Shown piece by piece: positions 39,774 through 49,775 of a stretch of 64,000 nt of DNA; position 1 is the first letter of the stretch, and each line of letters starts with the position of its first letter. The position numbers were made by a program, and so were the translations under genes. Origin of the DNA: Thermoanaerobaculia bacterium (GTDB taxonomy: Bacteria; Acidobacteriota; Thermoanaerobaculia; UBA5066); assembly GCA_038245905.1 (NCBI GenBank), contig JBBRRY010000008.1, forward strand, positions 32,205 through 96,204, read 5' to 3'. The notes beneath the pieces were generated by a model that saw only the letters and a program-made list of their open reading frames with translations, made no database searches and was not told where the DNA came from.

Positions 39774-41102
39774 ATGCGAAATAAATGCCTTCCCCGTTTG
39801 GGTTTTCTGGCCCTTCTCGCCGCGGGCCCAGGCCCCCGAGGCGCGGCTGCCCTGGTCCCCACTCCAGCCGAGGACGCGCGTGCCATCGTCGAAGCGCTCG
39901 TCTCCTGCGGCACGCGCCATTCCCTGTCCTCCCGGACGGACGTGCGGCGCGGAATCGGATGCGGACGCGACACGGTTGTGCGCCGCCTCGAAGCGGTCCA
40001 AAACGAGTCCAGAAAGCGGATGCGCGTCGTCATCGACAGATTCGAGACGAGCGGCTCCCGCACCAGGAACGCGACCGTCCCGATGGAGAACGTCTACGCG
40101 ATTCTCCCCGGCACGGACGCCGTACTCGAACGTACGGCGTTCGTCGTGTCGGGCCACTACGACTCGATGCCCTCGGACGTCATGGACCCGAAGGCCGACG
40201 CCCCGGGCGCGGACGACGATGCGTCCGGCACGGCCGTGTCGATCCTCGCCGCCCGCGCCCTCGCGCCGAAGCCCGCGCGCGCAACCCTCGTTTTCGCCGC
40301 CGTGGCCGGCGAGGAGCAGGGCCTCCTCGGGGCGAAGCGCCTGCTCGAATGGCTGACGAAACAGGGTTACACGGTGGGCGGCATGATTACGTGCGACATC
40401 GTCGGCGCAACGAACGGATCGGCCGACCGCCGTGTGCGCGTGTTCTCGGAGGGCGGTCTCGATGGCATCGACTCTCCGGGACGACAGATGGCGCGCCTCG
40501 TGGAGGAGGTCAACGGGAAGGACATCGTACGCCTTGTCTTCCGGTTGGACAGGTTCGGACGCGGCGGCGACCACCGGCCTTTCGTCGAGGCGGGTCTCCC
40601 CGCGATCCGCTTCACCGAGCCGCTCGAGGACTATCACCACGAGCACCAGACGCCGCGTACCGAGAACGGGATCGAATACGGCGACCTCGTGAAGTTCATG
40701 GACTTCGACTTCGTCGCGGCGACGGCGGCGGTCGTTGTCAAGACACTGGAGGAGATGGCCAATGCTCCGGACCCGCCCACGCGAGTCACGCTGGGTGGAG
40801 CGGTAACGGACTCCGCGAAGATTTTCTTGGAAGGTAACAAGGACGAGGAGCGCGCGAGTTACGAGATCCTCTGGCGGGAGACCACGGACGCGCGATGGAA
40901 CGTTCAGAGCACCATCGACGCAAGATCCTCCGCCGCATCTTTCTCTTCGGTGCTCTCTTCGATTTCCACCGACAACCACTACTTCGCCGCGCGCAGCGCC
41001 GGAAAAAACGGGAAGCGTTCGCTTGCCGTCCCGGCCGTCGCGGCGCCGAGGCCTCCGTCTTCTCCCGCGCCCCGGCCCGACCGTCCGGAGCGGACGGAAT
41101 AG
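39774..41102 (+). CDS. M28-family metallopeptidase
   Basis: SGHYDS, GADDDASG, GEEQGL, GRGGDH and HEH motifs. Confidence 0.9.
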   Translation: MRNKCLPRLGFLALLAAGPGPRGAAALVPTPAEDARAIVEALVSCGTRHSLSSRTDVRRGIGCGRDTVVRRLEAVQNESRKRMRVVIDRFETSGSRTRNATVPMENVYAILPGTDAVLERTAFVVSGHYDSMPSDVMDPKADAPGADDDASGTAVSILAARALAPKPARATLVFAAVAGEEQGLLGAKRLLEWLTKQGYTVGGMITCDIVGATNGSADRRVRVFSEGGLDGIDSPGRQMARLVEEVNGKDIVRLVFRLDRFGRGGDHRPFVEAGLPAIRFTEPLEDYHHEHQTPRTENGIEYGDLVKFMDFDFVAATAAVVVKTLEEMANAPDPPTRVTLGGAVTDSAKIFLEGNKDEERASYEILWRETTDARWNVQSTIDARSSAASFSSVLSSISTDNHYFAARSAGKNGKRSLAVPAVAAPRPPSSPAPRPDRPERTE

Positions 41103-41104
41103 AT

Positions 41105-42898
41105 ATGAGCATCACTCCTCTCGACTGGGCGATCGTCGCCGCCTACTTCGTCCTCTCGATCGGCATCGGCCTCGCCTTCACGAAGAAGGGCGGCGAGTCG
41201 CTCGAGCAGTACTTCGTCGCGGGGCGCGCCGTGCCGTGGTGGCTGGCGGGCGCCGCCATGATTGCGACGACGTTCGCCGCCGACACGCCGCTCGTCGTGA
41301 CGGGCCTCGTCGCCGCGCACGGCGTCGCGGGCAACTGGATCTGGTGGAACTTCGTCATGTCGGGCACTCTGACCGTCTTCCTCTACGCGCGCCTCTGGCG
41401 CCGCGCGAAGGTCATGACGGACGTCGAGTTCGCGGAGATCCGGTACGGCGGCAGGCCCGCGACGTTCCTGCGCGGCTTCCGCGCGCTCTACCTCGCACTG
41501 CCCATCAACCTCATCATCCTCGGCTGGGTCAACCTCGCGATGGTAAAGATCCTCCATATCTCGCTGGGAATCCAGCCGATCTGGGCGGTGGGAGTCTGCT
41601 TCGTCATCACGGTCGGCTATTCCGCGGCGGCGGGCATGTGGGCGGTCCTCTGGACCGACCTCGTCCAGCTCGTCATCAAGATGACCGCCGTAACCCTGCT
41701 CGCGTGGTTCGCCGTGAAGAAGGTGGGCGGAATCGGCGCGCTGAAAACGGGGCTCGAGAAGCACTTCGGCTCGATCGACACCGCCATCTCGTTCCTGCCG
41801 CCCGCCGGCTCGGCGTGGATGCCCATGATCGCGATCTTCACGTTCCTCGCGGTGCAGTGGTGGGCCGCGTGGTATCCGGGCGCCGAGCCGGGCGGCGGCG
41901 GGTACGTCGCGCAGCGCATTTTCTCGGCGCGGTCGGAGCGCGATGGCATCCTCGCAACTTTGTTTTTCAACGTCGGACACTATGCGCTCCGTCCGTGGCC
42001 GTGGATCATCACGGGCCTCGCGACCGTCCTCCTCTATCCGAACGGAGTGATGGTGAACGGCCAGATGGACAAGGAAGCGGCCTACGTGCAGGCCATGGTC
42101 GATCTCCTGCCGTCGGGCTGGAAGGGTTTCATGCTGGCCGGCTTCGCGGCGGCGTACATGTCGACCGTGGGGACTCATTTGAATTGGGGGGCGTCGTATC
42201 TCGTTGGGGACGTGTACAAGAGATTTCTGAGAAAGGACGCGAGCGAGGCCCATTACGTCGCAGTCTCGCGCTGGACGACCGTAGGTCTTTTTCTCGCTTC
42301 CATCGTCGTCACGTTGAATCTCTCGACGATCGAGGGCGCGTGGCGGTTCCTCCTCGCGCTCGGGAGCGGCACCGGCCTCGTCCTCATCCTTCGCTGGTAC
42401 TGGTGGCGCATCAACGCGTGGAGCGAAATCTCGTCGATGCTCGCCTCGATGGTCGTCTCCGTGACGAGCATCCTGCTGATCCGGAATCCGCTCCCCAGGA
42501 CCGACCCGGGGTACGGCGCGGAGGAGTTCCGCATCCAGGCGATCGTCATGCTGCTCACCGTCGCGGTCACGACGGTCGTCTGGGTCGCGGTCACGTTCCT
42601 GACGAAGGCCGAGCCCGATTCGACGCTCGACGCGTTCTACCTGCGCGTGCGCCCCGGCGGGCCGGGCTGGGAAACGGTCTCGCGGCGTCTCGGCTTCGGG
42701 CGCGAGCCCATCCCCGGCGGCGCGATGTCGTTCGTGAACTGGATCCTCGGGATCGTCCTCGTCTACACCGCGCTCTTCGGCATCGGCAAGCTCGTGTTCG
42801 GGCAGCTCTGGATGGGATTCGCGCTCCTCGACGTCGCGGCCGTCTGCTTCATCCTCATCATGTGGAGCCTGAAGCGGCAGGAGAAAATCGAGGCTTGA
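41105..42898 (+). CDS. Sodium:solute symporter (SSS) family protein
   Basis: YFVAGR, ATTFAADTP, WTDLVQ, YVAQR and AAYMST. Confidence 0.92.
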   Translation: MSITPLDWAIVAAYFVLSIGIGLAFTKKGGESLEQYFVAGRAVPWWLAGAAMIATTFAADTPLVVTGLVAAHGVAGNWIWWNFVMSGTLTVFLYARLWRRAKVMTDVEFAEIRYGGRPATFLRGFRALYLALPINLIILGWVNLAMVKILHISLGIQPIWAVGVCFVITVGYSAAAGMWAVLWTDLVQLVIKMTAVTLLAWFAVKKVGGIGALKTGLEKHFGSIDTAISFLPPAGSAWMPMIAIFTFLAVQWWAAWYPGAEPGGGGYVAQRIFSARSERDGILATLFFNVGHYALRPWPWIITGLATVLLYPNGVMVNGQMDKEAAYVQAMVDLLPSGWKGFMLAGFAAAYMSTVGTHLNWGASYLVGDVYKRFLRKDASEAHYVAVSRWTTVGLFLASIVVTLNLSTIEGAWRFLLALGSGTGLVLILRWYWWRINAWSEISSMLASMVVSVTSILLIRNPLPRTDPGYGAEEFRIQAIVMLLTVAVTTVVWVAVTFLTKAEPDSTLDAFYLRVRPGGPGWETVSRRLGFGREPIPGGAMSFVNWILGIVLVYTALFGIGKLVFGQLWMGFALLDVAAVCFILIMWSLKRQEKIEA

Positions 42899-42917
42899 CC
42901 CGGGCGATGGCCTTTGT

Positions 42918-44516
42918 TCAGGAGACGGGATTCGAGGGGATCCTGCTCATGGCGCGTTCGGCGAGCGCCGTGATCGTGAGCGACGGATTCACGCCGGGGT
43001 TCGCCGACACGGAGGACCCGTCGATGACGTACAGGCCCTCGTAGCCGAACATCCGGTGGCCCTCGTCGATGACGCCGTTCGCGGCGGATGTCCCCATGCA
43101 GCAGCCGCCGAGAATGTGCGCGGTCGTGGGAATCCCGAGCAGCGTCTCGGTCGCCAGGCTCTCGGTGTATCCGTCCAGCTTCTTCTCGATGCGGCGCGCG
43201 AGCTCCGTCGCCTCCGGCACCCACGCCTTCGCCTGCGGCCCGCTGCCGGTCCCCGTCGTCAGGCCCCGGCGGAACATCGTGCGAATGCCTCGGCCGAGCT
43301 TCATGCGCAGAGTTCCCTCGGAGGTGCGCATGTAGAGAAGGATCATCGTGTACTTCGCCCAGTCCGGAACGAACGCCGCCTTGAGGGTGGCCAACGGCCG
43401 CTTCACGAACATCGCGCCCGCATTCAGGAGCCGGGTCCCCACGGTGTCGCCGGGGGCGTGCGGCATCGCGAGGGGGCGGAAGAATCCCGAGCCCGCGGGG
43501 TAACGAACCGGTTCGAGGTGGGAGTGCTCGTCCGTCTGGAGGATCGAGCCGATCGCGATGCCCTTGGAAAGATCCACGTCGCGCCGCTCGGTCACGACGC
43601 CCATGAGGACTTCGGAATTCGTACGCACGAAGTCGCCGAGCCGGTCGGAGATCCCCGGGAGGCCGTCTGGCCGCTCGCGAAGCTTCAGGAGGAGCTCGAC
43701 CGTGCCGAGGACGCCCCCGGCAAAGACGATATTGCGCGCGGTGATCGTCCGCGTCTTCCGGAGGAACGGCAAGAGCGCGCGCCCCGTCCGCGCCGTGACC
43801 TCGAAGCCGCCGCAGGCACGCGGCCGCACCCAGGTCACTTCCGTGTCCGCCTCAACTTTCGCTCCCAGCTTCTCGGCGAGCCAGAGGTAGTTCTTGTCGA
43901 GAGTGTTCTTCGCGCCGTGCTGGCATCCGACCATGCACCCGCCGCAGCTCGTGCAGCCGGCGCGCTCGGGCCCCAGGCCGCCGAAAAAGGGATCGGGCAC
44001 CGTCACGCCCGGCTCCCCGAAGAAAACGGCCACGTCGGTGGACGACCAGGAGGATTCGCGTCCGATGTCCTTCGCGACCTCGCGGAGGACATCGTCGGGC
44101 AACGTCGTGAACGGGACCTTCGTGGCCCCGAGCATCCGCTTGGCGGTCGCGTAGTGAGGCAGAAGCTCGCGCTTCCAGTCGGCGAGATCTCCCCACGACG
44201 GCGCGGAGAAGAAGTCGTCCCCCGGGACGGGGAGCGTGTTCGCGTAGACGAGAGAGCCGCCGCCCACGCCGACCCCGGAGAGCGCCGTCACGTGCGGGAG
44301 GAACGTCATCTTGAAGAGCCCCCGGCAACCAGCCGAGGGAAGCCAGAGGTACCGCTTCACGTTCCAGTTCGACTTCGGGAAGTCGGACGCGGCGAAACGC
44401 GTGCCCTTCTCGAGGACGCGCACCCGGTACCCTTTCTCGGAAAGGCGGAGCGCGCTCACGCTGCCACCGAAGCCGGAGCCCACGATCACGTAGTCCGCGT
44501 CGAACGTCGCTGCCAC
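42918..44516 (-). CDS. GMC-family oxidoreductase (cholesterol oxidase ChoD-like)
   Basis: GSGFGG, GVGGGSLVYAN, AKNTLDKNYL, TAHILGG and NPSLTITALAER. Confidence 0.9.
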   Translation of the reverse strand: MAATFDADYVIVGSGFGGSVSALRLSEKGYRVRVLEKGTRFAASDFPKSNWNVKRYLWLPSAGCRGLFKMTFLPHVTALSGVGVGGGSLVYANTLPVPGDDFFSAPSWGDLADWKRELLPHYATAKRMLGATKVPFTTLPDDVLREVAKDIGRESSWSSTDVAVFFGEPGVTVPDPFFGGLGPERAGCTSCGGCMVGCQHGAKNTLDKNYLWLAEKLGAKVEADTEVTWVRPRACGGFEVTARTGRALLPFLRKTRTITARNIVFAGGVLGTVELLLKLRERPDGLPGISDRLGDFVRTNSEVLMGVVTERRDVDLSKGIAIGSILQTDEHSHLEPVRYPAGSGFFRPLAMPHAPGDTVGTRLLNAGAMFVKRPLATLKAAFVPDWAKYTMILLYMRTSEGTLRMKLGRGIRTMFRRGLTTGTGSGPQAKAWVPEATELARRIEKKLDGYTESLATETLLGIPTTAHILGGCCMGTSAANGVIDEGHRMFGYEGLYVIDGSSVSANPGVNPSLTITALAERAMSRIPSNPVS

Positions 44517-44571
44517 GGGACGAGTCTACAAGGTCGGATTCGGGTCGCTCCATTGCGTCGATTGTCGCAGC

Positions 44572-45066
44572 GTGCGTGCTAGGCTGAACGCGCAACGTGG
44601 AGGCCGCTTGCGCAATTTCCTGATCTTCGTCGCCGCGATCGTCCTCGCCGTCTGGTATTTCCGCAGGGCGCCGCACGACAGTCCGGCCCCACAATCCGGC
44701 AGCGGCGCGGCCAACTCGACGTCTCGCGGACCCGGCTGCCTCATGGCCGCCGAGAGCGCCAATCGCGCGCTCTCCGACGCCACGCGCCTCCTCCTCTCGA
44801 TGCCGGTCGACGCATCGAGGTGGAGCGACGCCGAGGGCGGCGTCTCCTCCGCGATCTCACGCGCCGAGTCGGCATGCTCCGGCGGCGAGACCGAGGCCGA
44901 GCGGGGCGGCATGGAAACCGCGCGGGACGCGCTCTCCCTCATGAAGACGACGCTGGAGGAGGGCTCGAAAGCGGCCCTCGGAGCGGGCGGCTTCCAGGGA
45001 GCGATGCGGCAGGAGGCGATCGACAACCGGTTGGCCTCCGCGCGCTCGAAGCTCGGGCTGCGCTAG
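44572..45066 (+). CDS. Hypothetical membrane-anchored helical protein
   Basis: One N-terminal TM helix followed by a helical domain with two Cys. Start uncertain. Confidence 0.6.
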   Translation: MRARLNAQRGGRLRNFLIFVAAIVLAVWYFRRAPHDSPAPQSGSGAANSTSRGPGCLMAAESANRALSDATRLLLSMPVDASRWSDAEGGVSSAISRAESACSGGETEAERGGMETARDALSLMKTTLEEGSKAALGAGGFQGAMRQEAIDNRLASARSKLGLR

Positions 45067-46220
45067 TCGACGTACTTGTAGCCGGTGCCCGTGTCGAAGA
45101 CGACGATGCGTTCGTCGCGATCGACCTTTCCCGCCGCCACGAGCTTCTTGACCGCCTCCCATGCGGCCCCGCCTTCGGGCGCGGCGAAGAGACCCTCGAA
45201 CGACGCCAGCTCGATTGCGCCGCGGCGCATCTCGTCGTCCGTGACCGTCACGGCTTCACCCTTCGACGCCCGGAGGATCTTCAGAATCAGGTAGTCCGCA
45301 TAGGCCTTCGGAACGCGAAGGCCGGACGCGTACGTTTGCGCGTTCTCGAAGCGGACCGAGACGTCTTTTCCCTCGGCGAAAGCCATGGGAATCGGGGCGC
45401 AGCCCTCGGCCTGCACGGAAATCATGCGAGGACGCGCCGAGCCGATCCACCCGAGACGCTCCATCTCCTCGAACGCCTTCCACATCCCGATGAGTCCGGT
45501 TCCGCCTCCCGTGGGATAGATCACCACGTCGGGCAGGGTCCAGCCGAAATCCTCGGCGAGCTCGTAGCCCATCGTCTTCTTGCCTTCGACGCGGTACGGC
45601 TCCTTGAGCGTCGACACGTCGAACCATCCTTCGGCATCCTTCCGTTGACCCACGATCCGGCCGCAATCGTCGATGAGGCCGTCGACGAGCGTCACGTGCG
45701 CGCCATAGGCTTCACACTCGATCTTGAACACCTTCGGCGTGTCCTTCGGCATGAAGACATGACATTCGATCCCGGCGGCCGCCGCATAGGCGGCTGCGGC
45801 ACCACCCGCGTTCCCCGCCGTCGGAAGCGCGATCTTCCTTGCTCCGAGCACCTTCGCCATCGTGACGGCGGCGCCGAGACCGCGCGCCTTGAACGATCCC
45901 GTCGGATTGCCCGCCTCCTCCTTGACGTAGAGCCGCGGCATCCTCTCTCTCGCCCCGAGGCGCTTCGCGTGGAGGAGTGGAGCGCCTCCCTCGCCGAGAG
46001 ACACGATGTCCTCGGCGCGGCGCGCCGGCATCATTTCGTGCCAGCGCCAGATCGTGCGTGAACGTCCGGCCGTGGCATCCCGCGAAAGCGCGGCCGCGGC
46101 GTAGTCGGCGAAGAGAGCGCCGGCGCAGCCCGTCTTCGCGCAGACGTTGAGAAGAGGACCCACATCGTAACGCGCACCACATTTCGTGCAGGACAGGTGG
46201 GAGAGAAAAGAGAAGGCCAT
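45063..46220 (-). CDS. thrC: Threonine synthase family PLP enzyme
   Basis: NPTGSFKARG (PLP Lys), TAGNAG, EGKKT and PTGGG; N-terminal CxxC..C. Confidence 0.88.
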   Translation of the reverse strand: MAFSFLSHLSCTKCGARYDVGPLLNVCAKTGCAGALFADYAAAALSRDATAGRSRTIWRWHEMMPARRAEDIVSLGEGGAPLLHAKRLGARERMPRLYVKEEAGNPTGSFKARGLGAAVTMAKVLGARKIALPTAGNAGGAAAAYAAAAGIECHVFMPKDTPKVFKIECEAYGAHVTLVDGLIDDCGRIVGQRKDAEGWFDVSTLKEPYRVEGKKTMGYELAEDFGWTLPDVVIYPTGGGTGLIGMWKAFEEMERLGWIGSARPRMISVQAEGCAPIPMAFAEGKDVSVRFENAQTYASGLRVPKAYADYLILKILRASKGEAVTVTDDEMRRGAIELASFEGLFAAPEGGAAWEAVKKLVAAGKVDRDERIVVFDTGTGYKYVD

Positions 46221-46226
46221 AGCAGG

Positions 46227-46236
46227 ATCTTATGAT
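46227..46236. promoter_or_regulatory. Overlapping divergent -10 boxes (TAAGAT minus strand, TATGAT plus strand)
   Basis: ATCTTATGAT lies 6 nt from the thrC ATG and 7 nt from the oligosaccharyltransferase ATG. Confidence 0.65.
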
Positions 46237-46243
46237 CCGCGCC

Positions 46244-48259
46244 ATGAATCTCCGTCTGCGGATCGCGGCGGCGTGCCTCCTCGGCGCGCTCCTCGCGTGG
46301 CACCGGCACGGAACCGTCGTCTCGGAGAGAGGCGGCCGCTTCGAGGACCCCGACGCGATGTTCCACGCGCGCCGTGCGACCCGCGCGGTGGCCGAGGGTA
46401 CGCTCCTCCCCCCGGTGACGGACCGCTTCGAGAACTTTCCCGGCGGCGGACTGGCTCTCTGGCCCCCCCTTCACGATGCGACTCTCGCGCTCCTCGCCCG
46501 CGCGGGAGGGTCGACGCGGGAGGACCCTGCGCTCGGAATGACGACGGCCGCCTTGCTCCCCGTCATCGAGCTCGTTCTCGCGGTGATCGTCGCCGCCGCG
46601 ATTGCCGGCCGCCTCGGGGGGGGCCCCGGGGGCGCGGCGGCTGCGGCGTTCGCCCTCGCGCTCACGACCGCCGTCGTTCGCCGCGCCGCCTTCGGCGAGA
46701 TCGACCACAACCTCACCGAGGTACTGCTCGGCCTGCTTCTGCTTTATTTCGTCGCGAGAATCTCTGCAGGAGAGGCGGCTTCTTCGAAGGGTCATGGGCG
46801 CCCGCGCGAGCCGTGGCGTTCGATCGTTCTGGCGGGCGTCTGGGCAGCCCTTCTGCTGGTGAGCCTTGGTTTCTACACGGGCCTCGTGATGTCGGCCGGG
46901 GTCGTCGGAGCGGCGGCGTGCGTCGCGGCGCTCGTGGACGCGGGAGACGGCCGCGCGCGCCGCACGCTTCCTTCGCTCGCCGCAGGCTTCGCCCTGGCCG
47001 CGGCGAGCCTCCCCTTCTTCGCGAGCCTTCGCGTGAAGCCCGATCCCGCCGACCCATGGCGCCTGGGTCCCGTGCACAGCCTGCTTCTTGCCGGAGCGGG
47101 CGCCGGAAGCGCGCTGGTCGTCCTCTTTCTCATACGAAGAAAATCTCCTGCGCCGTCACACGAACAACCGCACGACCGGATGCGCCTGAAACTAGCACTC
47201 AGCGCCCTCCTCCTCGCGACCGCGGCCGCGGCCGCGCAGCCGCGCACCGCGTGGAGCGCGCTCGCGGCGGGCCTCGGATTCGTCGGCGCCCGGGACCCGT
47301 GGCTCGCGACGATCGACGAGTTCCAACCGATGTGGGCGGCGCCGCTCGCGCTCCAGGCCCTGGCGCCCGCGCAGCCCGCGTTGCCCGTCGCGCTCGCCGC
47401 GCTCTTTTTCGCCGCGCGCGCGTGGCGGAAGCTCGACCCGGCGCGCCGCGCCACGCTCGCACTGGCCGCCGTCCCGGCGCTCCTCTTTCTCGTCCTCGCG
47501 CTCTCGCAGAAGCGCTTCCTCCCGCCCGCCAGCGCGTTCCTCGCCGCCGCGGCAGGCGTCGCATGGGCCTTCGACGCGTCTCCCGTCGCCATCTGGACCC
47601 GCCGCGCCGTCTTCGCGGCCGCGGTGCTCGTCACGCTCGACGTCTTCGGCCTGACGTACCTCCGCCTCACGTTCAAGGACGAGCCCGACGCCCTCGTCTC
47701 GGCCGGCGAGGCCGCAGCCGGCGTCTTGCGCGACGTGACGCCGCCGCCCGGCGACCCGCCCGCCTGGGGCGTTCTCGCCCCGTGGGACTATGGGCACGAG
47801 ATCGTGCGGTACTCCGGGCGCGCGGTGGCGCTGAACAACTTCGGCACGATGCATCCCGGCTTCGCACGCGCGATGGGCATCTTTCTCGAGACCGACCCCG
47901 CGAGGGCCGTCGCCGAGCTCGACGCGCTCGGCCTCCGATACGTCTTCGCGGTCTACCCGCCAAACGTGATCCCGAGCGGCGCTCAGGCCGTGCATCGCGA
48001 CCCGGCACGGTACTTCGTGGGCGGCTACCACCCCGACCGGCTCACGCCGTACGCGCCGACGGAGGAAGGAGCGCGTACGTTCCTCGTGCGGCTGCACCTC
48101 GAAAACGGCGCCCCGAAGGCCGACGATCTCCCGGCGGCGCGATTGGCCCTCGCTCGCCTCGCTCTTCGGTGGGAGTCGCCGCAGGCCGGACCCGATCCTT
48201 CGGGTTGGCCCGTGCCTTTTATGAAGCTCTTCGAGGTGCGGCCCGCGCCGGCACGCTGA
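46244..48259 (+). CDS. STT3/AglB/PglB-family oligosaccharyltransferase-like membrane protein
   Basis: DPDAMFH, GEIDH, TIDEFQP, APWDYGH and NNFG in canonical order, with about 13 TM helices and a C-terminal soluble domain. Confidence 0.8.
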   Translation: MNLRLRIAAACLLGALLAWHRHGTVVSERGGRFEDPDAMFHARRATRAVAEGTLLPPVTDRFENFPGGGLALWPPLHDATLALLARAGGSTREDPALGMTTAALLPVIELVLAVIVAAAIAGRLGGGPGGAAAAAFALALTTAVVRRAAFGEIDHNLTEVLLGLLLLYFVARISAGEAASSKGHGRPREPWRSIVLAGVWAALLLVSLGFYTGLVMSAGVVGAAACVAALVDAGDGRARRTLPSLAAGFALAAASLPFFASLRVKPDPADPWRLGPVHSLLLAGAGAGSALVVLFLIRRKSPAPSHEQPHDRMRLKLALSALLLATAAAAAQPRTAWSALAAGLGFVGARDPWLATIDEFQPMWAAPLALQALAPAQPALPVALAALFFAARAWRKLDPARRATLALAAVPALLFLVLALSQKRFLPPASAFLAAAAGVAWAFDASPVAIWTRRAVFAAAVLVTLDVFGLTYLRLTFKDEPDALVSAGEAAAGVLRDVTPPPGDPPAWGVLAPWDYGHEIVRYSGRAVALNNFGTMHPGFARAMGIFLETDPARAVAELDALGLRYVFAVYPPNVIPSGAQAVHRDPARYFVGGYHPDRLTPYAPTEEGARTFLVRLHLENGAPKADDLPAARLALARLALRWESPQAGPDPSGWPVPFMKLFEVRPAPAR

Positions 48260-48268
48260 CACGGGCGG

Positions 48269-48643
48269 CTACGGGTCGACGATCCCGAGTGCCTTCCCCG
48301 TCGCGCAGTCGACGCGAAGGTAGTGACGGGGATCGACGCCGTAGCGGGACGCAAGGGCGTACTGTTCGCCGAGCACCTGATAGTCGCCGGCGCCATCCTT
48401 CGAGCGCATGAGGTTCAACGTTGTGCCGTTTCGCGGGTCCACCATCGGATTCCGGCAACCCTCACCCTCCTTCGGCTCCTCCATCTTGGAGAGGCCGGAA
48501 ACGGGGACCATGAAGTGGTCGGGGACATCCTCTGCCTTGGCGACGATCCCTCCGGCCATCGAGCCGCGTCCCGACGCACAGGCCGCGAGCGCCGCGGCGG
48601 CGCCCAGCGTCAGGACAGACTTCACACGAGTCGTGTTTCGCAT
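48269..48643 (-). CDS. Hypothetical lipoprotein
   Basis: Lipobox LAAC; CRNPMVDP..C pair. Confidence 0.75.
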   Translation of the reverse strand: MRNTTRVKSVLTLGAAAALAACASGRGSMAGGIVAKAEDVPDHFMVPVSGLSKMEEPKEGEGCRNPMVDPRNGTTLNLMRSKDGAGDYQVLGEQYALASRYGVDPRHYLRVDCATGKALGIVDP

Positions 48644-48672
48644 GGAGGGACCTTAGCAGAGGCGGCCAGAGG

Positions 48673-49710
48673 TCACCGCGTCTCCGTCACCTTGCGGATG
48701 CCTCGCGGCCGGTCGGGGTCGAGGCCCCGGGCGAGCGCGGCGTGGTACGCGAGAAGCTGGCCGGGGATCACGGAGACGAGAGGCGCGAGGAACTCGGGTA
48801 CGACGGGGGATGGAATCGCGCCAATCCCCCGCGGCCCGATACGGATCACGGGGCTGCCGCGCCGCGCGAGGTCGCGGGACATCGCGCGCATCCCGGCCTC
48901 CGGACGCGTCGCGGGCGGCGACACGACGATCACCGGGAGGTCCTTTTCGGCCATTGCGATAGGCCCGTGCTGGAAGTCGGCCGCGGAGAAAGCCTCGGCG
49001 AAAAGAAGTGCGAGCTCTTTCAGCTTGAGGGCGATCTCGAACGCGGTTGGATAGTGCACGCCCCGCGCGAGGACGACCGCGCGCTTCGCCCGCTCGAGAG
49101 TGCGCGCCGCCCGGTGTGCGGCCTCCTCGGACCGGAGCGCTCGTCTCATGGCGTCCGGTATCCCGAAAAGCGCATCGAGATCCTTCCTCAGGCGAGCGAA
49201 CGACAGCACGAGGAGGGCGACCGCCGCGAGCTCCGTCGTGTACGTCTTCGTCGCCGCGATGCTCCGCTCCTCTCCCGCATGGAGCGGCAGAACCTCTCCC
49301 GCGGCCCTGGCAAGCGGACTTTTGGGGTCGTTCACGATGGCGAGCGTCGGGGATCCGGCGCGCCGGGCGGCGGCGATCGTCTCGACGATGTCCGGGGAGC
49401 GGCCGGACTGCGAGATTCCGATCACGAGCGCGCCGTTCAAACGCGGAGGTACGCCGTAGAGCGTGACGAGGGACGGCGCCGCTAGGACGACGGGGAGGCG
49501 CGACGCGAGCCCGAAGGCGTATTGCGCGTACCGCGCCGCGTTGTCGGACGTTCCCCGCGCCGCGATGAGGACGAACGGGACCTTCGCCCGGCGCCAGCCT
49601 GCCGCGAGCGCCGCCGCGTTCCGCCCCTCGCGCTCGAGGAACTGCGCGACGGCCGCGGGTTGCTCGAAGATCTCGTCGTGGAGCACGGAGCGGGAACCGT
49701 CCGGAGGCAT
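48673..49710 (-). CDS. Double-SIS sugar isomerase (GlmS isomerase-like / glucosamine-6-phosphate deaminase)
   Basis: EIFEQP, RGTS, ISQSG, AATKTY, ALKLKE, HGP and KVTET. Confidence 0.88.
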   Translation of the reverse strand: MPPDGSRSVLHDEIFEQPAAVAQFLEREGRNAAALAAGWRRAKVPFVLIAARGTSDNAARYAQYAFGLASRLPVVLAAPSLVTLYGVPPRLNGALVIGISQSGRSPDIVETIAAARRAGSPTLAIVNDPKSPLARAAGEVLPLHAGEERSIAATKTYTTELAAVALLVLSFARLRKDLDALFGIPDAMRRALRSEEAAHRAARTLERAKRAVVLARGVHYPTAFEIALKLKELALLFAEAFSAADFQHGPIAMAEKDLPVIVVSPPATRPEAGMRAMSRDLARRGSPVIRIGPRGIGAIPSPVVPEFLAPLVSVIPGQLLAYHAALARGLDPDRPRGIRKVTETR

Positions 49711-49775
49711 CGTGCGATGCTAGCGCAGCGAGTGAATCGGTGTTCTTACGCGGTTCGAAGGGGGCTCACAGGCGC

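Noticed and set aside
39762-40979. N-terminal extension giving a 1918-aa ORF
   Set aside because: Antisense to the M28 gene; the signal peptide begins at ATG 39761.
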